Shown here: positions 19,253 through 26,304 of the stretch, one piece after another
Position numbering within the stretch: the first letter of the stretch is position 1
Layout of the letters: every line of letters starts with the position of its first letter
IMG/VR virus record: IMGVR_UViG_3300030106_004620
Location: 1-34,022 of that record
Reading direction: 5' to 3' (one strand)
Origin: a virus
Lineage: Duplodnaviria; Caudoviricetes
Length of the DNA stretch: 34,022 nt
Position numbers and translations under genes: made by a program
The notes under the pieces: generated by a model
Told to the model about the DNA's origin: nothing
The model's database searches: none
Seen by the model: the letters and a program-made list of their open reading frames with translations, nothing else

Positions 19253-19501
19253 TTAGTTTATATCCTCGTTTTTCTCATCTGTTAGTGTATCTATGTATTC
19301 TTCATATTCATTATAGTTATAAGATGATGTATATTCTGGAGGTGTATCAGCAGTTCTATCTTCATCGCTTATTTGAGGGGGTTGTGTAATGTCACTAACT
19401 GCATTGCTGTATATGTTAGTTCCCATTTTTGAGCCTATAATTGTAATAATAACTCCCATCATTACTCCAAGTATTAAATAGATTGATTCTATCATAGCCA
19501 A
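19253..19501 (-). CDS. Small membrane-anchored protein with acidic tail
   Basis: N-terminal hydrophobic helix IYLILGVMMGVIITII. Confidence 0.65.
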   Translation of the reverse strand: MAMIESIYLILGVMMGVIITIIGSKMGTNIYSNAVSDITQPPQISDEDRTADTPPEYTSSYNYNEYEEYIDTLTDEKNEDIN

Positions 19502-19570
19502 TTTTAATCTATATTACAAATTAAATGATAGGTAATTATTGTGACCTTTATCACTTTTTCTGGTCGGTGT

Positions 19571-19622
19571 AAAAAAAAAATAAAAAAAATACTTGCATCA
19601 TATTACTTTAAGTGTTTAACTT
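19571..19622 (+). promoter_or_regulatory. Sigma70-like early promoter with A-tract UP element
   Basis: A-tracts at 19571-19589, TTGCAT at 19593-19598, then TTAACT or TAACTT at 17-18 bp spacing; resembles the site at 27894-27935. Confidence 0.55.
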
Positions 19623-19656
19623 GTTTCAAGTTCAAATTAACAAATTGGAGATTCAA

Positions 19657-19878
19657 ATGAAAATAAATAAAACTTACTTAAAAAATGGTGTTGAGATTGA
19701 TTTCCCTATGATAAGTGCTTTAGGTGAAACAGAAACAAGTAAAGCAATAAGATATTCAGAGGGGATGTTTCAGTTTTACAACTTTAAAACTGGTGAGGTT
19801 ATATATCAATCTGAAACATTAAAAGATGTTGTTAATTACACCAATACAAAATATAATCTGAATGATTCTGTAGCATAA
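19657..19878 (+). CDS. Hypothetical early protein (73 aa)
   Basis: Start reassigned to ATG 19657 after TTGGAGATTCAA. Confidence 0.8.
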   Translation: MKINKTYLKNGVEIDFPMISALGETETSKAIRYSEGMFQFYNFKTGEVIYQSETLKDVVNYTNTKYNLNDSVA

Positions 19879-19879
19879 A

Positions 19880-19935
19880 TCCTACTGATGAGGGTGGTCT
19901 CATATGAGGTCACCTAGAAACCGAGAGGTCTAGGA
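19880..19935 (+). ncRNA. Hammerhead ribozyme, type I (HH1); predicted cleavage after C19930
   Basis: Stem I UCCUA/UAGGA, core CUGAUGA (19885-19891), 10-bp stem II, A-GAAA, stem III CC-GAGA-GG, then GUC. Confidence 0.85.
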
Positions 19936-19965
19936 AACTTTTCCTAAGTTAAATTGGAGATAAAA

Positions 19966-20238
19966 ATGGAAATAAGAGCAAGAGAGTTAGTGTTAAATGA
20001 ATTATCAATGGCTAGAGAAGAAAAACAAAAAAAACTAGGGTTCATACCTCGAATGCAAGAAATGGCTAAAATAGACCAAGAATGTGTTGATGTAACAGAT
20101 GAAGTGAAAGCAGAATTAGCTAGTCTACACGAAGTTAGTATGGCTTTGCATAGGATAGAAATAAAGGCTTTGGATGTAAGGATAAGTTGGCTAGAAGATA
20201 TGATAATAACTAATTCAGTAGATAAGGAGTTGAAATAA
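19966..20238 (+). CDS. Hypothetical helical/coiled-coil protein
   Basis: Start reassigned to ATG 19966 after TTGGAGATAAAA. Confidence 0.8.
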   Translation: MEIRARELVLNELSMAREEKQKKLGFIPRMQEMAKIDQECVDVTDEVKAELASLHEVSMALHRIEIKALDVRISWLEDMIITNSVDKELK

Positions 20239-21098
20239 TGAAATATATAGTATTTGAAAACACAGAAAATTACGAAGACAGCATAGTTTTGATAGCAGAT
20301 AAAAATATAAAAACTATAGAAAATCCAGATAATAATATTAAAGCTGGATATGGTAATTACAAAATTCACGAACCAAGTGGTGGATTAGTATTTGACAATC
20401 TTAGATTATTACGACATTTTTTTGAAGGTGCAAGAGATGTGTTTGGAGAAGGTGATAGTTGTTATGGTTCACCAACAGATGATGAGAAAATGAAACGTAA
20501 AACTATGACTTGTTTTATTTATGAATTTTTAACTGCAAGTCATATAAAAAGAGAGATGGAATTAGAAGGTGGTTTAAATGTTGGTTTGTATTATATTGAA
20601 GATGACCAAGATAGCGAAACTTATAATTCTTACCTAGATTATATAAATTTTATAGAAAGAGAATTACATTTAAAAAAATCAAATAAACCAGAGGAAGGTA
20701 AGGTATATGCTCTTACTGGTGGTGTTGGTGATAAGTGTATTGCTAATGGTGATAGTTGGAAAGATAGTGTAGTTCAGAATGATGAGCCTAAAACCTTTAA
20801 AATTATCAGATTCTTTAAAGATGATGATAGACCTAACATAGTGCTTCTAACTGGACTTACTTTTGAACAAGCACAGAACCATTGTCAAGACCCAGATACA
20901 TCTGGTGATGGATGGTTTGATGGCTATGAAAGTGATGTAGTTCAAAATGATGAGCCTCAAGATTTCGAGGGTCATTGTCCAAAATGTGATAGTGATAATT
21001 TAGATAATGTTAGTGGTGGTGTTGAATATACTGATATGGCTTGTGATGATTGTGGTCATAAATTTGGTATTGAATGTAAAGGTTGGGTCATATCATAA
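20238..21098 (+). CDS. Multi-module hypothetical protein with C-terminal Zn ribbon
   Basis: 286 aa, CPKC...CDDC near the C-terminus, internal VVQNDEP repeat. Confidence 0.8.
   Translation: MKYIVFENTENYEDSIVLIADKNIKTIENPDNNIKAGYGNYKIHEPSGGLVFDNLRLLRHFFEGARDVFGEGDSCYGSPTDDEKMKRKTMTCFIYEFLTASHIKREMELEGGLNVGLYYIEDDQDSETYNSYLDYINFIERELHLKKSNKPEEGKVYALTGGVGDKCIANGDSWKDSVVQNDEPKTFKIIRFFKDDDRPNIVLLTGLTFEQAQNHCQDPDTSGDGWFDGYESDVVQNDEPQDFEGHCPKCDSDNLDNVSGGVEYTDMACDDCGHKFGIECKGWVIS
20768..20957. repeat. 22-bp direct repeats (20768-20789 and 20936-20957, 21/22 identical)
   Basis: tgtagttca[g/a]aatgatgagcct, 168 bp (56 codons) apart. Confidence 0.9.
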
Positions 21099-21099
21099 A

Positions 21100-21152
21100 T
21101 CCACTGATGAGGGAGGTCTCTTTGAGGTCTCCCAGAAACCGAGAGGTCTGGA
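21100..21152 (+). ncRNA. Hammerhead ribozyme, type I (HH2); predicted cleavage after C21148
   Basis: Stem I UCCA/UGGA, CUGAUGA (21104-21110), stem II GGGAGGUCUC/GAGGUCUCCC, A-GAAA, CC-GAGA-GG, GUC; compensatory changes relative to HH1. Confidence 0.85.
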
Positions 21153-21176
21153 AATATTAATTAAAGGAGATTCAAA

Positions 21177-21539
21177 ATGTTAACAAGTAAGCAAATAGAT
21201 GTGATCCCAGATACTAATACTGGAATAGTAAGAGAGGTTGTAGAGGCTATGTTTCATAACAATTATGGTGAATATGAGGCATTAAAAACTGCGAGGTATA
21301 ATTACTATAGGGCAGAGAAAAATGACTTTAAATCTGACCTATTTATAATCTTTAAATACAAAGGTAAGATTGTAGAGGTTGAAGGTCAGTGGTATGGTAG
21401 AGAAAATGATGAGTGTTGGTTTGATACTTACAACTGGAGTGTTAAAGTAAAAAACAAATCAACAGATTGGGATTATAAATATATATCATTAGATAGTTTA
21501 TATTCATTTAATATTAATTCAATTAGGGAGATAAAATAA
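21177..21539 (+). CDS. Hypothetical early protein
   Basis: 120 aa, AAGGAGATTCAAAATG start context. Confidence 0.8.
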   Translation: MLTSKQIDVIPDTNTGIVREVVEAMFHNNYGEYEALKTARYNYYRAEKNDFKSDLFIIFKYKGKIVEVEGQWYGRENDECWFDTYNWSVKVKNKSTDWDYKYISLDSLYSFNINSIREIK

Positions 21540-21706
21540 TGAAATATATGATGACTATTTCAATGAGTGTTGCATTAGTTCTATGGAGTATCATAATGTT
21601 TAATCATATGTATAGAGGGTTAAACTGGATACCTTTATTCCCAATCTGGTTGTTTATGATTGTGTGTCTATGGGTTACCTATAGAACCGATAGTAGTAAA
21701 TGGTAA
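21539..21706 (+). CDS. Small two-helix membrane protein (55 aa)
   Basis: MKYMMTISMSVALVLWSIIMFNHMYRGLNWIPLFPIWLFMIVCLWVTYRTDSSKW; GGAG RBS and TAATG coupling. Confidence 0.75.
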   Translation: MKYMMTISMSVALVLWSIIMFNHMYRGLNWIPLFPIWLFMIVCLWVTYRTDSSKW

Positions 21707-21771
21707 TTTGAAATGCCTCTACCCAGAGGCATAATGTAAGAGTGGCTCTCTTGCATCTGATGATAAAGCCG
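21707..21771 (+). ncRNA. Hammerhead ribozyme, type II with pseudoknot (HH3); predicted cleavage after A21733
   Basis: GAAA (21710-21713), stem III UGCCUCU/AGAGGCA, UA, 9-bp stem I AUGUAAGAG/CUCUUGCAU, CUGAUGA (21757-21763); loop UGGCU can pair with the 3' AGCCG. Confidence 0.85.
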
Positions 21772-21786
21772 TATAAGGAGATTCAA

Positions 21787-22293
21787 ATGAGTATAACTAG
21801 ATGTTTAGATTGTGAAAGAAGAATTGACATAGATATAGAAGATGCGCACTATGTGAATGATTCTGAATGTTTATGTGAGGATTGTTACTATGATGATGAG
21901 GTTATAGCAACAATGGTAATAGGTGATGAAAAATATTATAAAACCAGCTATAGATTGTTTAATAAATATGGTGATGATGATGTTCCAGAGGTAATCAAAA
22001 ATTATGCAAATTCTGTGAAATATCATTCAACAAATGGATGGAGAGGTTATTATGAAGGTGAAATTCCATCTGGTTATAATCTGGTTAAATCTAAATGGTT
22101 CTGTGGTATGGATGGTCATAATATGGATGATTTTATGTTAAATCTAAATGATATATTAGATAATAATCCAGAACGATTATCTGGTTTTGATTACTTTGTG
22201 GTAGTTCTACCAACAACAAATGTATTCAGCCAGAACCTTGAGGTGTATGTTAACAACAGTCAAAAAGATAAATTTATAGAGGAGATAAAATAA
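21787..22293 (+). CDS. Hypothetical protein with N-terminal Zn finger
   Basis: Start reassigned to ATG 21787 after AAGGAGATTCAA; CLDC...CEDC, and STNGWRGYY. Confidence 0.8.
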   Translation: MSITRCLDCERRIDIDIEDAHYVNDSECLCEDCYYDDEVIATMVIGDEKYYKTSYRLFNKYGDDDVPEVIKNYANSVKYHSTNGWRGYYEGEIPSGYNLVKSKWFCGMDGHNMDDFMLNLNDILDNNPERLSGFDYFVVVLPTTNVFSQNLEVYVNNSQKDKFIEEIK

Positions 22294-22763
22294 TGAATAT
22301 ATTAGATGATATATTAAATGATAAGAATGTAAACAATAACTTAAAAAAAGTAATGAAAGGAGATGCTATGAGTAAGATGAGCGATTTAGCAATGGAGCGA
22401 GATCAAATGTTTGACGGCACTGAAGGAATGTCTGAAGAACAATTAGAAAAAGATATGAACGAACAATATGTTGAGCATATGGGTAGAAATATTCTTAAAA
22501 AAGTTCGTTTGGAATTAGGCTATAGCCAAAAGCAAATGGCTGATGCTTTAGGTTATACCAGACAAGATATTATTTCTGGAATTGAAAATGGTAACAGAAC
22601 AATGTCTGGTGTAGCAGTTAGATGTTTGGAATATCTAATTCAAATCAAAGACTTAAAAGAATATAAAAATAATATTAAATCAACTATAGATTGGGCAGAA
22701 GGTAAATGGGGTGTCGGTGAATCTACAGATAATATTATAGTTGAGGAAATAAAGAAACTTTAA
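22293..22763 (+). CDS. XRE-family helix-turn-helix regulator
   Basis: LKKVRLELGYSQKQMADALGYTRQDIISGIENG; a second possible start at MSKMSD with its own AAGGAG. Confidence 0.85.
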   Translation: MNILDDILNDKNVNNNLKKVMKGDAMSKMSDLAMERDQMFDGTEGMSEEQLEKDMNEQYVEHMGRNILKKVRLELGYSQKQMADALGYTRQDIISGIENGNRTMSGVAVRCLEYLIQIKDLKEYKNNIKSTIDWAEGKWGVGESTDNIIVEEIKKL

Positions 22764-23158
22764 AAAGTAGTCTTTAAATAACTAATAGCAATATCAATAG
22801 AGTGAAGGTCATAATCTGTAGTTTGGATTGTGACCTTCCAGTTTGTAGCCACTTTATCATATGGTATGTAAGCAACCTTCCTTAATTCTGGATTAACAAA
22901 AGCAAACAAGTCAACATCCCTTCTTCTGTATCCACCCTTTATAGCCATCTCTCTGGTATACTTTAATACATATTGAAAGGAGCGACCATCAGTAGTTGTT
23001 GTATTGGATGTCTTAACTTGGACTTTATAAACATAGCCGTTATCTGCTATAACTACATCATAAGGCATTTGTCCATTAACAATAGTTGCATTATGACCCT
23101 TGTAGAAACAATCAAAGCAAACAAAATGCTCTCCAGCTGTTCCTACCATTAAACTCAT
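22760..23158 (-). CDS. PD-(D/E)XK endonuclease (homing/resolvase-like)
   Basis: GTAGE...PYDVVI...KVQVKT...VDLFAFV. Confidence 0.75.
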   Translation of the reverse strand: MSLMVGTAGEHFVCFDCFYKGHNATIVNGQMPYDVVIADNGYVYKVQVKTSNTTTTDGRSFQYVLKYTREMAIKGGYRRRDVDLFAFVNPELRKVAYIPYDKVATNWKVTIQTTDYDLHSIDIAISYLKTTF

Positions 23159-23355
23159 TTGTTATATATAATTCTGGTTACTGATTCATTAGATAAAAAG
23201 TAATGCTCTTTTATAATAGATATTTTATCGCTGGAGTTCAGATCACTATAACTTAAACCTTTCCAGAATGCTCTGATTTCTGCATCCCTTATTGCAGTAT
23301 CCATTTGATCATTAAGTCTCTGAAAATCTACATATTTACTCTTCATAATCATCAT
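23155..23355 (-). CDS. Small hypothetical protein, possibly Mor-like HTH
   Basis: RDAEIR...IKEHYFLSNESVTRII; start codon uncertain. Confidence 0.55.
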   Translation of the reverse strand: MMIMKSKYVDFQRLNDQMDTAIRDAEIRAFWKGLSYSDLNSSDKISIIKEHYFLSNESVTRIIYNK

Positions 23356-23506
23356 CGTATTGTTTATTTAAACAAAACCCACACAGAATATAATCATCTG
23401 GTTTACCTATGCCCAGCATTACCATTGGCTCATACCAAAGGTCTTCTGTGTCTCCACAGCTACAGCATTTTTTCGAGTTTTTGGTATTTGATTTTGATTT
23501 GCTCAT
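23336..23506 (-). CDS. Small Zn-finger protein (56 aa)
   Basis: AGAGGAG RBS; MSKSKSNTKNSKKCCSCGDTEDLW...LCGFCLNKQYDDDYEE. Confidence 0.65.
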   Translation of the reverse strand: MSKSKSNTKNSKKCCSCGDTEDLWYEPMVMLGIGKPDDYILCGFCLNKQYDDDYEE

Positions 23507-23858
23507 ATAACTCCTCTAATTCAGAATTAGAATATTTTTTTGTTTGTATGTACTGACCTCGTAATTCTTCAAACCTATCTTCACCAAACCTATCTTTGTA
23601 CCACTTGTAATACTCATAGTTATCGTAGCCGTGAGTAAAGTTATGTGACCAGCATTGAGTATGACAATTACCATCTTTACTAATATCCCATCTGGTTGAG
23701 TAATGTCTTCGTGAAAAGATATGGCCATTAGTAAGATTCTGGGTTGTTCCACACTGGACACAATGCCCATCTCTAAGTCTAATATATTTAGATACGATTG
23801 TATCAAGTCTTTTTACTAGATTTTTTCTTGTTGGTTTTTTCTTTGTTTTTTTTACCAA
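23460..23858 (-). CDS. ninG: NinG/Rap-like recombination endonuclease
   Basis: LDTIVSKYIRLRD, CVQCG, GHIFSRRHYSTRWD and NCHTQC. Confidence 0.8.
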   Translation of the reverse strand: MVKKTKKKPTRKNLVKRLDTIVSKYIRLRDGHCVQCGTTQNLTNGHIFSRRHYSTRWDISKDGNCHTQCWSHNFTHGYDNYEYYKWYKDRFGEDRFEELRGQYIQTKKYSNSELEELYEQIKIKYQKLEKML

Positions 23859-24042
23859 AGATTTCCTCCCATCTCTCTGGCGAACATATTCCAGAGAGAC
23901 TTGTTTTGATTCCAGTAGAAAAAGGTTGGTTTATAGGGTCTATATAAGCACTATCTTTTGGAGGCTTACAAGACTTTTTCTTTTGCCTCTCCCTATCCTT
24001 CGCCTTCTTCTCTAATGCTTTTATCTTCGTTGCTTTGTCCAT
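23803..24042 (-). CDS. Hypothetical basic protein
   Basis: 79 aa with a RWEEIFGK motif and AGGAG upstream. Confidence 0.6.
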   Translation of the reverse strand: MDKATKIKALEKKAKDRERQKKKSCKPPKDSAYIDPINQPFSTGIKTSLSGICSPERWEEIFGKKNKEKTNKKKSSKKT

Positions 24043-24217
24043 CTATTCTATTCAACTCCTCTTTAAGTTTTTCATAATGCATAGGATTTATGTACTCAAA
24101 ACTCCTAGCAAATTCAAATAAAGCCTTTAATTTTATTTCTAATTTATTATTCTTTGCTTTTTCCTCTGATAGGAGTGTTGTTAAATCATTATTTGCTTTA
24201 ATCAATTCGTCATACAT
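23993..24217 (-). CDS. Hypothetical coiled-coil protein
   Basis: 74 aa, TAATG-coupled to the upstream gene. Confidence 0.7.
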   Translation of the reverse strand: MYDELIKANNDLTTLLSEEKAKNNKLEIKLKALFEFARSFEYINPMHYEKLKEELNRIDGQSNEDKSIREEGEG

Positions 24218-24558
24218 TAAAAAGGTATACCTTCGTCTTGATTAGATGAACTACTAGCTCTACTATCTAAAACATCTACTAGTTTTTTGCCTTGCTGATT
24301 GTTAAACTGCCTATATTCTCCAGATGGATCATAAATTTCACTGGCCATATCATTTAACTGGTCTCTCTTATCTTTTGGAAACCAAATAATATCCATATAG
24401 GTATCATCTTTCTTTTTAACAGATGGACTAGCAACAAACAAACCATTAGTTCCTTCTACTAGTTTGCAGTTTTTAATCTCAAATCCATCTTGAGTTTTAA
24501 TAGTTAGGATTGCTTTTACTTTGTTCCAATCTACATTCCTCATTCCTATTATTTGCAT
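24217..24558 (-). CDS. SpoVG-family nucleic-acid-binding protein with SSB-like acidic tail
   Basis: IKNCKLVEGTNGLFVASPS...YMDIIWF matches SpoVG; ends in QDEGIPF. Confidence 0.8.
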   Translation of the reverse strand: MQIIGMRNVDWNKVKAILTIKTQDGFEIKNCKLVEGTNGLFVASPSVKKKDDTYMDIIWFPKDKRDQLNDMASEIYDPSGEYRQFNNQQGKKLVDVLDSRASSSSNQDEGIPF

Positions 24559-24684
24559 CGTATCTCCTTTATCGTTTTTTTTAGCTTTTTATAGATAGGT
24601 ATGGAGTTCTTAACTCTATCCCCATAAACTCTACCTATTTCTTCTTTTGCCTCTTCCAGCAATTCTATCACTTGATATATGTCT

Positions 24685-25083
24685 TTAATGTGTATCAATT
24701 TTTTTAGTGCAGTCTTCTAGCCTTATATATCCAACTAATTTTTTAATTTTTTTTCTATTTTTAAAATTAGTAGTAGCCTCTATTAATTTCCATTCCCATC
24801 CAAATGTTGTATCATCTTTGCTTAAATTAAATATATATATATTACCATCAACTCTTACTACATATATAAATTTTTTTTTAGCAAGTTCTGCATATTTAAT
24901 ATTAAAACTATACTTATCAAACTCTATCATTGTATTATCGTAATATTTATTTCTATCTTTAATCTCTACAATATAGTTTTTATCTTCAGCATCAAATCTA
25001 TTGTACTCGTAGTCGTTCCATTTAAGCTCAATATTGAACTCTTTATTTACTGAATCTAAAATATCTTTTTCGTTTTGTTTCAT
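24685..25083 (-). CDS. Putative PD-(D/E)XK nuclease-fold protein
   Basis: RFDAE...IVEIKDR...MIEFDKY. Confidence 0.6.
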   Translation of the reverse strand: MKQNEKDILDSVNKEFNIELKWNDYEYNRFDAEDKNYIVEIKDRNKYYDNTMIEFDKYSFNIKYAELAKKKFIYVVRVDGNIYIFNLSKDDTTFGWEWKLIEATTNFKNRKKIKKLVGYIRLEDCTKKIDTH

Positions 25084-25092
25084 ATTTTTTAT

Positions 25093-25362
25093 TTATTTAG
25101 TTATTTTCCAACAACATTTTTTGTATTTTTTTTCAGACCCACACCAGCAAGGTTCGTTTCTTTTAGGTCTTATAAATTTACGAGTTGGCTCTAAACCTAT
25201 CTGTCTCACACCATCAGACCTTTTATTCGATACAATCCAGTATATAACATCATTCCATAAAACTAAAGTTCCATCTGGATGCTCATCAAGTCCATCAAAC
25301 ACTTTGTCGTGTGAGACAAATCCTTTATTAATAAATGTTTGCTCTTTTATTTCTTCGCCCAT
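25093..25362 (-). CDS. SEC-C motif protein
   Basis: RNEPCWCGSEKKYKKCC. Confidence 0.85.
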   Translation of the reverse strand: MGEEIKEQTFINKGFVSHDKVFDGLDEHPDGTLVLWNDVIYWIVSNKRSDGVRQIGLEPTRKFIRPKRNEPCWCGSEKKYKKCCWKITK

Positions 25363-26153
25363 TGTCCTAATAGTTCCTTGATTTCTTCTGGAGATGCTGT
25401 ATCTACTGGTCGATTTTGTTCTTGTATTCTTCTTATTCTTTCAGCCTCTCTTCTTTCCTCAGCTTGTTTAAGTCTTAGTTGCTCTTTCTTTTTTTGATCA
25501 TAATCTCTATCACTCATACCTCTTTTGTTTTCTTTTGAATTTTTATACCAAGTATTAAGTCTTCTTTTTATTTCAAATGTAGGCTTAGTCTCTGCTAAAA
25601 ATCTTTTACCAGTTCTGGTTTTTTCAGTCCAATATGAAATAAAGTCTTCCAGCATAGTGGGTAGGTATTGAGTATTCTGCATAACTTCATCTTTAAATTC
25701 TTTTATTCTGATTTCAATCGGCTTTATTTTTTTTATATTATTATTTATAGTATTATTATTATTAGTGGATTTTCCACTAGTGGATTTTCCACTCTGGTCT
25801 ATGGTGGATTTTCCACTCTGGATAGCATCTTTAATCATATAATTTATATTTTTAGGATTTTGATGCTTATCTTCAAATACATTGTACTCTGTAATAAAAG
25901 TTCCCTCTGGTGTTCTGTATTTATTTCTGTTAAGATAGTATGCATTTTGCAATTCTATTAATGCTGTCTTTATAGAATCATACCCATCTTTAAAATTTTT
26001 AGATATATCTTTAATGCTAGTATTCCATTCATTAGGCTTTGATAATAAATATATTAAAACAGCCTTCGATTTTGCTGATATAGTGTTATCATAAATCAAT
26101 TTATTATCTATCATTGTAAAGTTTTCTTTTTTATGTGTAGTAAATTTAACCAT
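25347..26153 (-). CDS. Replication initiator (winged-HTH, lambda O-like organisation)
   Basis: NFTMIDNKLIYDNTISAKSKAVLIYLLSKPNEW N-terminal domain, repeat-bearing linker, and FISYWTE...RRLNTW C-terminal domain. Confidence 0.8.
   Translation of the reverse strand: MVKFTTHKKENFTMIDNKLIYDNTISAKSKAVLIYLLSKPNEWNTSIKDISKNFKDGYDSIKTALIELQNAYYLNRNKYRTPEGTFITEYNVFEDKHQNPKNINYMIKDAIQSGKSTIDQSGKSTSGKSTNNNNTINNNIKKIKPIEIRIKEFKDEVMQNTQYLPTMLEDFISYWTEKTRTGKRFLAETKPTFEIKRRLNTWYKNSKENKRGMSDRDYDQKKKEQLRLKQAEERREAERIRRIQEQNRPVDTASPEEIKELLGQWAKK
25720..25821. promoter_or_regulatory. Putative replication origin: three iterons plus an AT-rich tract
   Basis: gtggattttccact at 25765-25778, 25780-25793 and 25804-25817 (each a GTGGA-N3-TCCAC dyad), next to a nearly pure A/T run. 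Confidence 0.75.
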
Positions 26154-26304
26154 ATAGTTTTCTCCAATCCTTAATTGCTTTTGCTCTCTTCTTGTTATAC
26201 TTTTGTGTGTTTAATTTTGCACACTTTTTGCAAATATAACCCTTACGAGGGATAAGTTTTACCTCATCTTTTGTAAGGGTCACTTTGCACTGCCTACAAT
26301 TCAT
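26146..26304 (-). CDS. Small Zn-finger protein (52 aa)
   Basis: MNCRQCKV...YICKKCAKL...; GGAG RBS and ATGA overlap. Confidence 0.7.
   Translation of the reverse strand: MNCRQCKVTLTKDEVKLIPRKGYICKKCAKLNTQKYNKKRAKAIKDWRKLYG

Noticed and set aside
19944-20369. 141-aa minus-strand ORF
   Set aside because: Antisense to two well-punctuated plus-strand genes.
20778-20957. ATGATGAG in the VVQNDEP repeats as degenerate hammerhead cores
   Set aside because: The first C of the core is missing and I could not build the flanking stems; coding for N-D-E explains it.
19880-21152. HH1 and HH2 as intrinsic terminators or CRISPR repeats
   Set aside because: There is no U-tract, only two copies 1.2 kb apart separated by genes, and the full hammerhead core explains the conservation.
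21742-21786. N-terminal extension of ORF 21742..22293
   Set aside because: It overlaps HH3, and a strong RBS supports ATG 21787. Similar RBS-based reassignments apply at 19612, 19954 and 27927.
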